Below are positions 25,067-38,519 of a DNA stretch of 64,000 nucleotides, in pieces (position 1 is the stretch's first letter; each line of letters starts with the position of its first letter). The notes below the pieces were generated by a model. That model saw only the letters and a list, made by a program, of their open reading frames with translations, searched no databases and had not been told where the DNA came from. The DNA comes from Lepidodermella squamata (taxonomy: Eukaryota; Animalia; Gastrotricha): contig JBLDXI010000021.1 in NCBI GenBank assembly GCA_047495785.1, positions 1,302,001-1,366,000 of the forward strand, in the 5' to 3' direction. The translations under genes and the position numbers were made by a program.

Positions 25067-25863
25067 GTATCAATCAAAATCTCTCCGTTTTTTGTTTTAT
25101 TTTGGAAGCTGGGATGAATTTTCGCCTTCATGGTATTAAAAAGGTCCTTTGTGATTAGGATTCATTGTACAGCTTATAGTTTTAACGATTTTGTTGATGA
25201 CTGCGATCGGAAAATAAAGCTGAAACTTTGGTTCGAAACGAACTCGGTATATTGATTGTAGCAACAAGTGTACAAAATGCGAGAGAAAAGTTGTAAATTT
25301 TGTAAGAGAGAGAGAGAGAGGCGCAAAAACCTCATAAAAGTTGCATGGCCTTTCGATCCATTCGCCGTTGCGCTGTTAGAAGACGGCACCGGCGGCGAAA
25401 GACGCTGCAGCACACGTGTTGTAGTACTCACGCCGCTAAATACTCACCGCTGCTGTATTAAGTAGGTGAAATTCTAAGAAAAAGACACATATCGATGCGC
25501 GTATATCGATTTCCGGTCGGCTGCCAAATACTTTCTGGGCGCCTGCTCCCTTTTCTTGCTATACCTATAACAATTCTACCCGCAAAACTGGCATTAATCA
25601 ACTAAGATGAAGCACCTCATAATGTACACTTTTCTATAATCTTGAAATTTCTATGTCGCTTGAATCCCGTATGAAACCACAAGGTTTCTGCGGCCAATTG
25701 AAACTACGCCATAGTTTGGACCCTTAATAAACTATGGACCCTTCTCAGATGAATTTATTCCTAAATCTTTCAAACTTCTAACCTGCATTTGTTAGCGTCT
25801 TATACGTATTATTGAACTTTTCGAATTTTCTCAGTTTTAAGTAAAATCAAGTGACTGAAAGCT

Positions 25864-26562
25864 ATGGCCACTGGTCAGACCAAGTTCACGAAAGAGCAGA
25901 TCGAGGTTCTGAAGCAAGCCTTCACGAAGTACGATAAAAACAAGGATGGGACCTTGATGGCAGACGAACTGGATGAGCTGCTCAAAGGATTCGGGCAAAA
26001 GGTGAAAACACGGGCAGAAATTGATTACCTCTATGGAGTTGTCGGAAAAACAAGTTTGTCAATTGTTCCTTTCAAGAAGATCTCGTATTCTTAGTAATTT
26101 TGTCCTCCAGCTAAGCAAGGTCTAACGTTCGACGAGTTCATCCGATGTGCTGAGGATACAATTGATTCGGCCAATTCTTTCCTGCAACTTCGTCAGGCCT
26201 TCCATTATTTCGATAAAAATGGCGATGGTTTTATAACGAAACAAGAATTGCTATCGACGCTCCGCTCGATGGGTAAAAATCACAGCTGTTAAATTTTCTG
26301 TGCAAAACCGTATTTTCGATATTTTCCAGGTGATACCATCACCGAAGAAGAGGGTGACCAAATGATGAAAGACTGCGATCTCAATAACGATGGCCGGATC
26401 GATTATGAAGGTTTGTTATCCTCAACGTTTGTCGTTTATTTCGTATCGTTATATAGATGGTCGTATAGATAAGTATCTGTATAATCCTATTATGTCTAAT
26501 TTTTTGTTCATTTTTCAGAATTCGTTCACATGATGCGGGATAAATTGAGCGGGATGTTATAA
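25864..26562 (+). CDS. Calmodulin-like EF-hand protein, copy 1 (3 introns)
   Basis: EF loops [37 protein letters not shown]; EF2 is degenerate; ends [10 protein letters not shown]. Confidence 0.85.
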
Positions 26563-28342
26563 TAAAAGCTTGCTGGGGAATCAAAACGTGCTATCGAAGT
26601 GGAACCTTCTCTCAAATAATAATTGTCAACATGAAATCTGCCATGCTTAAACATGTCCTACTTGTAACTGATTATTCAATTTGCTATAATAATTCTGTTA
26701 TATTTATAATAATTTAATCTTATGATTTGTCTTCATCTAAATTATCTGCTCTAACAGTCCAAAGCTAATATTGGAAAAAGTCTCTATTCTATATTGCAGT
26801 AGTAATCAAGTGCGCAAAACGATGATATTATGGTCAATTCGTAAACGAAACAACATTGTCCTTATTTTCAGACCCCTCAGGCCTTATCTCAATGTTCATT
26901 GTACCAAATATGAAGCTCATGTTGAAGGAATACTCGTAGTAAAAAAGAAATGTTTAGTTTATCGAAACCCGAATTTTCCTATATACCTATTTTTAAGTTG
27001 ATTCGAAGAAATAAAAAAGTGAATTTATTATATTTATTTTGAAAATCGATGAACAGGGTTTTTTAAGGTTCTGTTCATGAAACAAACAGGCGCGTTAACA
27101 AGGTAAGGGAACGTTCTACGGCTACCAAAGATCAGCATATACGCATCGATTTTTTTTTAAGGAGGAGCACATATTTGACAGTCGCAATTTTAGCCGAAGT
27201 AACCCAGGAATCTCATAACAGTTGTTTCATTTAACATGAAATGAGCTCATGGTGAAACGCTTGAGCAGCCCCAGAAAATTGATCAGAAATAGACATTCGC
27301 GTAGCCCGAAATGCTGTGCAATGGCTGCGCGTTTGTGCGGCCGATGAGCCTTGAGATGTCGGCCATACAGCCAACAACTTCGGTATAGGCCATACAAAAC
27401 AGTTTGTGCGACAGCCTTCCGCCGCAATGACATCCGCGACTCAGCGCACCAGTTGTGTGCGCACGCACAACTGCGGCAGGGTGAACGCGGCGAAGTCTTG
27501 TAATTGAGGCATGAGTATGCGAGCGAGTGTGAGTTAGCACGCGACAAAGACATAAGTCGAGTGTCTTTCGTTGAAGTTCGACCGGTCGAATTTCGAATGC
27601 TTGTCCAAAATCGTTTATAAACTCAGCATTTTATGGAAATTGTCCCTGGGTCGTAAGCAATTTTTTGAGCCCATCCGCTTTTTTTAAACGGCCGACCTGC
27701 GCGAGTTCGAAAACGGTAAAAGACTTCACAACAAAAGACTATAAATTTGCCTTTATATTTTTATCAACAACACAAGTTATTGAAAATTGATAGACTTTTA
27801 TTTTGAGCCTAATTCTTTGCACAGGAAATCAAAATAATTTCTTCAAAATAGAAATCTCGCTTCGAATCATAATTTATGAAATCTTCAAAATGTTATACAT
27901 TACCATTCGCGCATATAATGTTGTAGTTATTTAATTTAGAACTGCCGTGCAAGTACTTTCTGAGTGCCCGCCCGCTCTCTTGTTCGGCTTGCCTGCTAGA
28001 CCTAAGTATAGCAAGTATAGCCGCAAAACTGGCATTCGCGTTTCTCTATTTCAATTATAACCTCATACGAAACAATATTGCAATATCGAAAAATTCCTTG
28101 TCGCCGAAACCCCGAAGGACGTCCACATAGTTTTACAACACTTCGGCGGCCAATTTAAACTACGCAATCGGAGTTGGCATCGCTACCAGCGTTTGGGGCC
28201 CTATCTGCCAGACAAATTTTATTTCTAAATTTGCGTGATCGTCTTTCAAACTTCAAATCTGAACTTCTTCGTTTTTATACACCTTATATTGAACTTATTC
28301 GAATTTTCTCAGTAAATCCAGTATTAATCAACCGATATAACG

Positions 28343-29151
28343 ATGGCAGATAGTCAGACCAAGTTCACGAAGGAGCAGATCGAAGTTCTGAAGCAAGCCT
28401 TCACAAAGTACGATAAGAACAAGGACGGGCAATTGATGTCAGACGAGCTCGATGCGCTGCTCAAAGGATTCGGTCAAAAGGCGAAATCCCAGGCAGAAAT
28501 TGAAAGCCTTTATGGCACGGTTGGAAAATCAAGTTTGTCAATTTTCCCACGCTGTCGCAATCTTATAGACATTTTTCCATCCAGGTAAGCAAGGTCTAAC
28601 GTTCGACGAGTTTATCCGATGTGCTCAGGATGCGATTGATTCGGACAATTCTTTCCTGCAACTTCGTCAGGCCTTCGCGTATTTCGATAAAAATGGCGAC
28701 TTTTTTATAACGAAACAAGAATTGCTATCGACGCTTCGCTCGATGGGTAAAAGTGGCGATGAAAGAGCTTTTAAATTCAACAATTTTTTTTTCAGGTGAT
28801 ACCATTACCGATGATGAGGCTGATGCAATTCTGAGAGACTGCGACGTCAATAATGATGGCCGGATCGATTATGAAGGTTTGTTTGGATTCTCCTCAACTA
28901 TTATGTTTTCCCAAAATGTCCTAACCCCATGTCACATCCAGGATAATTTTGTTGAGAAAATATGATGTAAATTCAATTTGAAAAATTCTTTCCGCCCCGG
29001 TCACAATGCTGACAATTTGATTTCACAGTGTACCAATCACTAGGTAATTGGGAAAGAAAAATAATTAAACGCTCTCGATTATCGCTATCCCATGACCTAA
29101 TAATGATTTTTTTCAGAATTTGTCCGAATGATGCTGATGAAAATGGAGTGA
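28343..29151 (+). CDS. Calmodulin-like EF-hand protein, copy 2 (tandem duplicate)
   Basis: Same exon structure as copy 1. Loops [37 protein letters not shown]. Upstream and 3' flanks are also homologous to copy 1. Confidence 0.85.
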
Positions 29152-32100
29152 TGGCAGGTTGGAATAATTGCCATTCAACCAAAACGTGCTATGGAAAAGT
29201 ATAACCATATCTCAAATAACTGTCAAAAATGAAATCTGCCATCATGCTACGTCCTACTAGTCGTTGATTATTCGATTGGCTTTTTAGTTACGTTATTTTA
29301 TGATGGCTTCATCTCAATTATCTGCTTTATGTCTAATGCATTTATTGTTATAAAATATTATTAAAAAATGTCTCTATTCATCAAGTGCGCAAATTGATGA
29401 TGTGTCCAGTTTTAATACGCCAGTCAATTAAATCACTAATATATTTTCGTCAATGAAAAATGCGTGGTGTTGGCTCACCGCTTGCTTGTGTATAATATTG
29501 AAATAAAATAAAAACGAGTCATAAATATACTATATAATAAAAAGCAGCATTTTTATATCCACGCCTTTATTGAATCCCTGCCAATAACGCGAAGCCGTAG
29601 TTTGTGTATTGTATATCGCCTGGCAGACGTCAAGGAACTTACATGAATACCTATTTTTCAAATCGAAATCATTCATTCAAAAATCATTTGTTTACATTTA
29701 TTTATAGCAATGCCTGAATCGTAGTTATAAGCGAAAACAGGAAATACGTCGTTACTTATTTTACGTCACATGGGTAATCGCCTTCGTTTTTGTAGGAAAT
29801 TGGCTGTAGCTGTTGAAATTGAATGAACGGAAGCACTTCTAAACTTTCATTGAATCCAAAAAAATTGACAAAATTGACCAGTGACCGCTTTGACGTAACT
29901 CCGTCGTAAGGTTTCCAAAAGCCGATATTCCAGAATTCGGTGAATCACCATCAGGTGCGAATCCTAACCTATTGAAGACACTAGACGATCGAAGCCTTGA
30001 TCGCACTGAGATGCCGTTTCCTATGTAAGAATTAGCTAATTGCGATTCATGACCCCTTCCCAGGTCTCCTATTAACCCCTGGGATCCTTTCTCTGCAAAT
30101 CGATCTGCAAGCAAAATGTGTTGTGTGAGTTCAAAATTCGTGCGAGGTTTTCGGAGAATTAATTACTGAAATTGGCTTCCTAATTGACTCTGAAAGCTTC
30201 CACATGGCTAGGTGTTGCAGCGCCCTCGTGTTATACCTATTCTATTTTAGGCTAAGCCCTTCTTGCATCAGCTGATCTGTTTGAAATCGTGGTCCCAAAC
30301 TCGTGATTCGATAGTTTTTGTTTGAGACAGATCGCGCAATCAATCAATTGTCCACAACCCTGCGATTTTAGATGAACTCGTAGCATATTAAATTGTATTA
30401 ACCAAGCGCCACGAACGTTAATACTTGCCTTGATTTCTGTTACGAAGCAGCGAAGTGACAAACTAGCAATGACAAGACAAGACAGCAAGTGACAAATAGC
30501 CTTAATGATAAAAACGTTCGCACAAGGCCATTTTACTCCTTTTCTCTAGTTTCAGATAAGTGAATAATTTTACCATTTGCCTCAGTCTTTCTCTTTAGTT
30601 TGGAGTTTTCCAGTGCGCATTTTGTTTCTGATTTTGTTTCCGAGATTATTTTCTAAATTTTCTGAGATTATTAGCCTGATGATGGGTACGTGGAAACGTC
30701 GCTGAACTTCCACACTATCGGAATAAAATGACTCGAGGTCGCAAAACTGTCGTCATACTGTCGTTTCCGATTTTCAATATTCCCTGTCTTGAAATCTTTC
30801 GCGCGAGCATCGGCGCGAGCATATATTCCGCAGCGCTTGAAAAATTTCCGAGACGTGTTTACCTTACTAAACTCCCTGTCAAGCTTATCTGTAAGACGCA
30901 TTATGAATGGCCCTAAGACTTGCGTTATATAGCTCATATTAAACAGGTTGTGTTCAATTTAAGAAAACAGCGCTCCGGTTAATCCGGAAAACATGTCAAC
31001 CGTGGAACCTGGGCGAAAGTTCCATTAGATTAATTCAATGACTTGTGCTTTACCCATTGCATCAAAGATCTGTTGACAATGTCGGTTTCAATCCTTGTCA
31101 AGGAAAAAGCATGACGGCTAGACGTCTGGAAACCGCAAATTAGCCACTTAGCAATGGCCATATTGGTTATTACAAGGCTATATTAGTCGTTTTTCGGCAA
31201 TTTCAGACAATTTTATTGCATAGTTTTATTGCACTTCGAGGTTTCATTATATCCAGGCTATGAAAGGAAACCAATATACCTCGGGATATTGTGGGATCTA
31301 TCCACGTACGCAACAAATGCGCATCAGAAAAATTCGTTCTCTTCGCGATGCGATTTTTCAATGAGGCAGAGCCACTGGCCATGGATTAAGTTCGCTACTC
31401 CCAATTTAGATATAATATCTATCAAAGATCACATTTCGCATTCTCGCGTCGCGAAGATGCCCACATCCGCGTGCGCTTCGCGCTTCCGGCAAGATCGGTC
31501 TCGTAATAATCACCGTCTTGCGGCAAAAAACGCGCGCACGCTTCCTGTGTCATAACGCTGCGGGACAAGATTTGTACTTCTTTTATCATTTCGATTCATG
31601 GGAAGCTGAATTTTATCTAACGTGCGATCATAGTTTTGTTAAGAAACTGCCCACGCCGTCACAGCTATCTTCATATTACTCATCTGGGTTGAAAAATCTT
31701 GATTCTATTTAGGAACCACGCCTCGGCCACCCTCGGCAAAATTATTGCGCAAAAAAACAGCCGGTGCATTACCTTTGTTTATGGATGCGATCGAACCGGT
31801 GCAAAAAAACAAACGCCTAGGTTAAAATTGACGACACTTACTAATTCTTATTTTTTTCCACTTGTCAATTTTTCTATGGATTTCTGCCAGTTATACCTTA
31901 GGAAAACGAGTAGGGTATAAGAGATTAGTCACAGTTTCTAAATTTAGGCACTCTATTTTTTTTACCTACGATTTTGTACCTAAAAATGCCATTGTTACAC
32001 ACGCAAACATGGACGCATAAAGTCATGCGCCAGTCGAAATTTTGGAACAAATATATCGTCAATTATTGCGAGCTGTTCTCGCGTGATTAATTTGTTCTCG

Positions 32101-34423
32101 ATCGGTAGTCAATCGCCATTATATAAAGTAAATTTGTATTTAAATGATTTTGTAGTTTGAAGTGCACCCCACGAGACGCGGATGAAAAAACTCGCGCGCT
32201 TAGTTCGATTTTTCGGTGTTTTTGCGCGCATGACCCGCGGATGATGCATGCAATAGGTGTAAGTAAAAAATGATACAATTCCCGGAATAAATAAACCAAA
32301 CGAGACCGGAAAAGTCTCTCGTCATCGTCATCATGCAATCATCAAGCCTACGCGTTGTCTATTTTTTCGCATCGATATAGCTTCATTGTGCGCCGCCTTC
32401 AGGCGCGCTTCCTCTTGGTGCGATGACCACCTGATATACTTTTTTTTTATATAAACATCCTCGTCCTCAGGAAGCTGTGCTATTAAATATGAAAACTTGC
32501 GACATGCGGTGCGATTTCAATCTATGGCCTCGCGATTTAAATAGCCTATCAAGTCTATAATAGTGTAAACGATGCGATTTGTCGAAAAAAGCCCTTAGAA
32601 TATAATGCGCTTATACTTGGCGAATTTCGCGGCCACCTCTTGGCATTTTTTTCACCCACCTTTATTATGAAATTATACACATATATACTCCCACAACTAC
32701 GCCGTACTAATGCACACAAGTGGGCGACCACATGTGCTGTCTATTGTTTGTAATGGGCGGAAAAAATATTCCCTCGACAGTTTTTATTGTTATAATTTTT
32801 GAACAGCGGGGTTTGGCCGGCATAGACGCAGCATCAGCTCTCGATTATATATGGTTTAAACCCCCCGGAAAAAAAACGCGCCGCCGTTCCAACTGTTGAA
32901 ATGAGCAGCGCCGATTTTGCTCCAACACTCCTACACGTTGCCACGTTTCAATAATTAATGACGAAAGCGGCCAAATCGTGCGCGCATTTAAACGTTTTTT
33001 CCAACAGTTTTTTACTCTCGCACAAATCCTGCTTCATTCATGCTTTCGCCTCAAACACGTCTCCTTGGCGCGTTCTACGTCAAACGGCTTTTGTCTCATT
33101 AGCTACTGGGAAACCGCAGCAGTTGTATTTACCTTGGACGGGTGAAAAATTGCGTGGTCAAACCAGCGTTTTTTCCTGATCTGTAAGCTTAGATTAATTA
33201 TACATGGTAGCTACGGCGTAGTAGTGATTCAGTCTTGGTCGCCAGCATCGCCGTGTGATTCTCACAGTAGTCATGCTTCGAAGACGCTTCGTCAAACATT
33301 AATTTTGCGCCTACGGCATTTTTTCCGCGTTGGCCAGCCGCGCATCATTGGCTAAAATATTGTTATAACCTATTTTTTCTTGGAAAAACAACTTTTTTCT
33401 GTGGTTAATTGCGGCTGAAATTTGTCCTAAAGTGCTCGGTCGTAAAGAAATTCTAAAGAGCAGACATCAATTTTGACGCAGGAAGGGGGCCATTATTTGT
33501 TGTAATTTATCGCATTTTACTGAATGAAAGTCAAGTTTTGCGTGGGATTAATGTTCAAATAAGTTTCCTTTATAAGAATGGCGACCGATCCTTTTAGTAT
33601 TCCCAATTCAGTCTCATGTCATCCTTTTAACGGCGATGAATATAAAAAACATGACTACGCTCCTGTTTTTAGTTGCGATGATACATGTCTAATTAGATTT
33701 GTAACGGCGTTTATCGGACATATTATTATTGCTTGCCGATTCGCGTTGTTGATAGTAGTTTATTTACGCCTTCGATGTAGCGCGCGAGATAATTCACCGC
33801 GTCCAGTGCGCTTTTAACTGCGCGCCTCTTAAATATTACTACCATGTATAGGAAGTACCAATAACTGCTGTCAAATTTATTGTTTTTTTACGGTATTACG
33901 CGCGCCTTTGCTTTAGCAACACTGGCGAGGGCGCATTTAATAGTGATGACTCATCGCCTCGTCATGGCAATCGCAGCCGAGTGCAACGTCTTTTTACGCT
34001 AACTTATTCATACCTTTTAGGCGCTAAACTGATGTAATCCAATCGCAGTTAGCGATCGATGCTAATATCGTATTGCGCAATGTTTTTTCCGCCTTTATTT
34101 CTGTCAAAATTTCGACGCCGGTCAGTTTTCTTGTATTCACGCCCGACTGGAGTATACGCCCACGAGGCGATAAGAAAACACTACGGTGCTATTATTATCT
34201 GCCCGCGATATCATGCGCAGTCTTTTATGACCGCCATTTCTAACAGGAAACTTCGGGACATCTGTCCTCCTTACGTCATATCGGTCTTTTGGCCCCACAT
34301 ATACGCCAACTATCCCACTTCCGGCGGGGCTAATTCACGACTTGTTTTTTAATAGAAATTTACTTGAATAAATTTTGCTGATTTGAAGCACAACCTCTGG
34401 AAAGCATACGATTTTGTCATCTA

Positions 34424-35596
34424 ATGGAAAAAACTTTTTTGGCATTGTTGCTATTACACGTTACGTCCTGTTTGTGCCAAGACATCGATAACCCTAAGCT
34501 GAGGGATCCTTTCGTCAGTGAACTTTTCGCTCAAGCCGATTCGGAATGCAGCGCGCCCGAAGGCGACGGCCTTATGTTCTCGTGTGAACACCGCACCCCG
34601 GCTGTTGTAGCCGTCGAAGCTGGCGAATCGCTCACACTCAACTGCAGCGTCTCAGGCTCTCGAAACCCTGTTGTTCGGTGGATAAGGAATCGCAAAACTA
34701 TCGCAATGGTAATTTCTAGAAAAATTAAGGTTAATAATTCAAGACCATTTTTTCCGGTATTTTAGGGTGGTTCTCGTTCTCGACGTGGCGCTGGCCGCCC
34801 GTTCCTCAGGACCGAGCTGCTTCACCACGTGATCAACTGCGCTACGCCGAAAGATGCTGGCATCTATGAGTGCGTAGGCCAGGCCGATGGTGTTGTCATT
34901 CGTCAAGTTACCAACGTCTTTGTAATCACCGATAAGTCAAACAACGGCGTCGCTAAGTGCGCCGCATCAGCGCAGGCTAAGCGCGCGCCCCGCATCTACG
35001 CATCGACCGAGACCATTTTCGACGCACCCGAGGCGAAAGCGCGCCTCACGTGCCGCGCCTCAGGCTCGCCTGCGCCCACCATCTCATGGTACAAACGGCA
35101 AATGGACATGAGTTTTGCCAAGATTGAAAACAAAGTAGCTGGTCACTTGATCCAACCTAACGGCGACCTATTGATACCACCGCTATCCCTCGACCCGATT
35201 CACTTTTCCGAATACAAATGCGAGGCGAAAAATGAAGTTGGCGAGGATTCTGCTACAACCTACATTCAAGTGGTGAGTGGTTACGCGTTTAATTATATGT
35301 CCTAATTAATTTTATTTTTATTCTAGATGCCAACAGCAACACAAGAGGAGTTGGCAATGTTGGCTCCTGAGCGCGGCGAAGCTCCCGTTGAAGCTTTCGA
35401 TGACGCGGAAACTGGCTCTGAAGATGACTTACTAGCGCTAAAAAAGCGGAAACGAAACCGCCGACAATTATTTTGGCAACTAGCTGACGCCGACACGGAC
35501 ACGCATGAGGTGAACGAGGACGACGTCGCGGAACAGCTATCTAGATTGTCGACAGGAGATCTTGTTAGCCTTATAGACCGGCTCGAACAGCAATGA
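34424..35596 (+). CDS. Secreted two-Ig-domain protein, ImpL2/ZIG (insulin-binding-protein)-like, with an acidic C-terminal extension
   Basis: Signal peptide MEKTFLALLLLHVTSCLC. Ig1 LTLNCSVSG..P.VRW...INCATPKDAGIYECVG; Ig2 LTCRASGSPAPTISW...PNGDLLI...YKCEAKNEVGEDS. Introns ~34709-34765 and ~35273-35326. Confidence 0.7.
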
Positions 35597-37019
35597 TAGA
35601 AAATTTCCAAAAAAATTATAAAAAAAATTCCTCGTTTTTATTACGAAAAAATATTGTCAACAATATTGTCACGTCGACAAGCAAATTTTCTCAGGTGTTG
35701 TCTTGTGCCGGTCGCATCTCGCATAGTCATCTTTTGAACTAGTTGGTCATTTATTATAGCTTGGAAAATTTTCTATATAATATTATAAACAACATTTTTT
35801 TAGTATTCTTCAAATTTTCGTTGCATGCGCGCATGAAGAGGCGTTGTCTTGTTGTGTGTTCTAAAACACCTGAGGATGATGGTGATGATATGGGCGAGTC
35901 ATGTCGTTTTTACTTCGGTTTTTTATTATCATCTACTTCTCTTCTCGAAACTCTGTGCCACACCTGCTTTTGTGCTAATCGTCATTCTCTACTGACGAGC
36001 CAAACGAGTGTTTTGTTATATAAAAAAATTTAAGCATTATTACGATGATGATGATGACGATGATGATAAAAAAGTTGATGAATTCGCAGCAAATAACTGC
36101 CTTTTTTCAAGTGTTTGAACATGTTTAATTTATTCCTACTCCATGCATTCCTTATATTGAAGCACCCGAGATTGCGGCCAAGGATTTCAAGGTAGGTATT
36201 TTTTTGAGATTTCCCCATATCTCGAGTTCAAATTTGCCAGGAAACAGTGGCGACGTGCTTGTTTTTCAAGTGTATAGACGTAGAGGAAAATGTCAGGTGG
36301 AAATAATTTGAGTTGAGGGTGGTTGACGCAGACGTACAATTTTTGTCCAGACTCGTCACATCCGCCCCGTGCTATACTACAATTCCAAGTACAAATTGAA
36401 CTTTCAACTTTCGTACTTAAAAGTAGATCCGGTGAATTTCCTGATAATTAAAATTCCTCGTAACAGTTTAAGGAAAATTAAATTAGTGTCGTCCTATTTA
36501 TAGCTATAAAGGTACAACCTCATTCATTATGAGTTATTTTCCTTAGGAGACAAGGATGAAATTTAAAAATTTCCCTAAAATCGATGGAGCACTCGTTTCT
36601 TGCGCCCGCATACGTCCGATTTTAATTACAAAATTATTTTTTTACGGGGGCGAACAATTTAAAAAAAAACACCAAAATAGGCAGCATCACTAATAATTGA
36701 AAATTACATTATTTTTTTAGCGTATCGCCCTAATAAACGATCATTAAAATGTCATTCATTAAAATGCTTTTTATTGCCAAGTATTTTGCATGTCAATCAT
36801 GATAGTTATTTTTAGCGATAAAAAATTAGCACAGCTAATTCGAAAATATAAAAAAATCAATGATATAAGTATATAGTTATGAATGAATTTAACGTGTGAA
36901 AAAGGGCCAGCCACAATACGAGCCGGAAATTATCATACGTTTTCTAAAAGAGGCAGATGAAGAATATTATTTTAGCATAGCTGCATTGCAAAATATATAA
37001 GCGAGGTGTTCAAATCAAA

Positions 37020-37556
37020 TCAAAGCGCCGTCATTTCGTTATTATTGATGCTGATTTCGATTATTCTAGTTGTTGTTTGAACTTTCGTTACAGGAGGCGG
37101 TGATTTAGTCGCACTTTCAGTCTCCGTGCCTTCCTCGTCGTCCTCCTCAGCCGCACTATCATCCGAAGCAATGTCTCTCGTGATTTTAAGGGGTTGTTGA
37201 GTAACTGTATCGCAATTGATTCCACGCCCGGTATTCTTATCTGGTGATGTAAGGGCAGGTGATTTCTTATTCTTGGACATCGCTATAGCGCGATCTGTCC
37301 TCGAATCGAGCAGGCTGTCTACCACTGTCGCTACACCGACGGTTACAACAAAAAACAGCCCGCCGCAAGCATTCGCGAGTAGCATCATACCTAGACCTAT
37401 AAGAAATCGCCGTAAATTTTGAGAAAGTAACGAAAATATTCACTTACTGATTTCCACAGTCATAGCGAACTCAGTGTTGGTAAAAAAATATCTATAAGGA
37501 GAAACCTGAACTCGAGTATAATGACGAAAGCGATCACTGTAATACCGGATGAAGGC
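37020..37556 (-). CDS. Last two exons of a small orphan membrane protein (5' exon not resolved)
   Basis: An exon ending ...FTNTEFAMTVEI|gtaagt splices in frame to SLGMMLLANACGGLFFVVTVGVATVV (hydrophobic helix), followed by an acidic Ser/Thr-rich tail. Confidence 0.45.
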
Positions 37557-38519
37557 TGTTTATTGTATGCAAACACTACTTTAGTGAATAGTCAGTCGAT
37601 TTATATAGAAATCGTTCTATTGTTCCACAGCGGATGTAAAAAAATCTATCATGCCCATCACCAAACAATTCTCGCCGAAGATGATGATGGGTATGGTTGC
37701 GATAGAAGCAACACTCCGATGTTTGCGGATATATATTATATAAGATATTTGGAGGGGAAACTCTGACTGCTATGTCTATTCATTCTATTATTAAACGCGT
37801 TGTTTTACCGCGGCACTGTAATAGTGTTCCGAGGCCGCGATCTCAGCGGCGAGCCTGTCTAAGCTCGTCGGTTGTACTGCTGTTCGCTATATGCTATTTA
37901 TGTTTATTTTTGTAATAATTTTTTACTCTCACCCAGTGATGTACATGCCATTCTTTGGTTTTTGCGCGCAGTTTTGTGTGCGCGTGCGCTCTGGGAAATG
38001 GCCGCGAACGAGAGACACGCGATGGATGTTGTATCATCATTATGGTGCGGCGCATGTTCTTTGTTATTACATTAGCGACATCGTGGACAACAAAAAGTCC
38101 GCCTTAAATCCGGTGCCGCGCCGTCACCTATAATATAACATACTATCATATAGCTGATTTATTCATTCGTCCCCAATTTTTTTTTCGGTCACTCTTCTTA
38201 TTGCTGTCTTCTTGATGAAATTCCCCATCGCCCTTAATAATAACGCCTGTTTTTTGTTGACAAAGAATAGCCCCAGGGTGCAATATCCTGTAGATGTGTT
38301 TTCGTATTTATTACGGTTCTCACGCTCTAAATATAGCCAATGGCGGAAAGCAATACGAAAACGCAAGCGATAACTGACAAGCGACTCAATTAACACCTTG
38401 TATTGTTTTGACACGAATTCGTTCTGAAGCCGAAGAGACGACGTCTCTCTTCATTCTATAAACTGAGTACAGATTATATTGATTTTTCAGGGTTTAAATT
38501 TACGTTTTTTTTTATAAAA

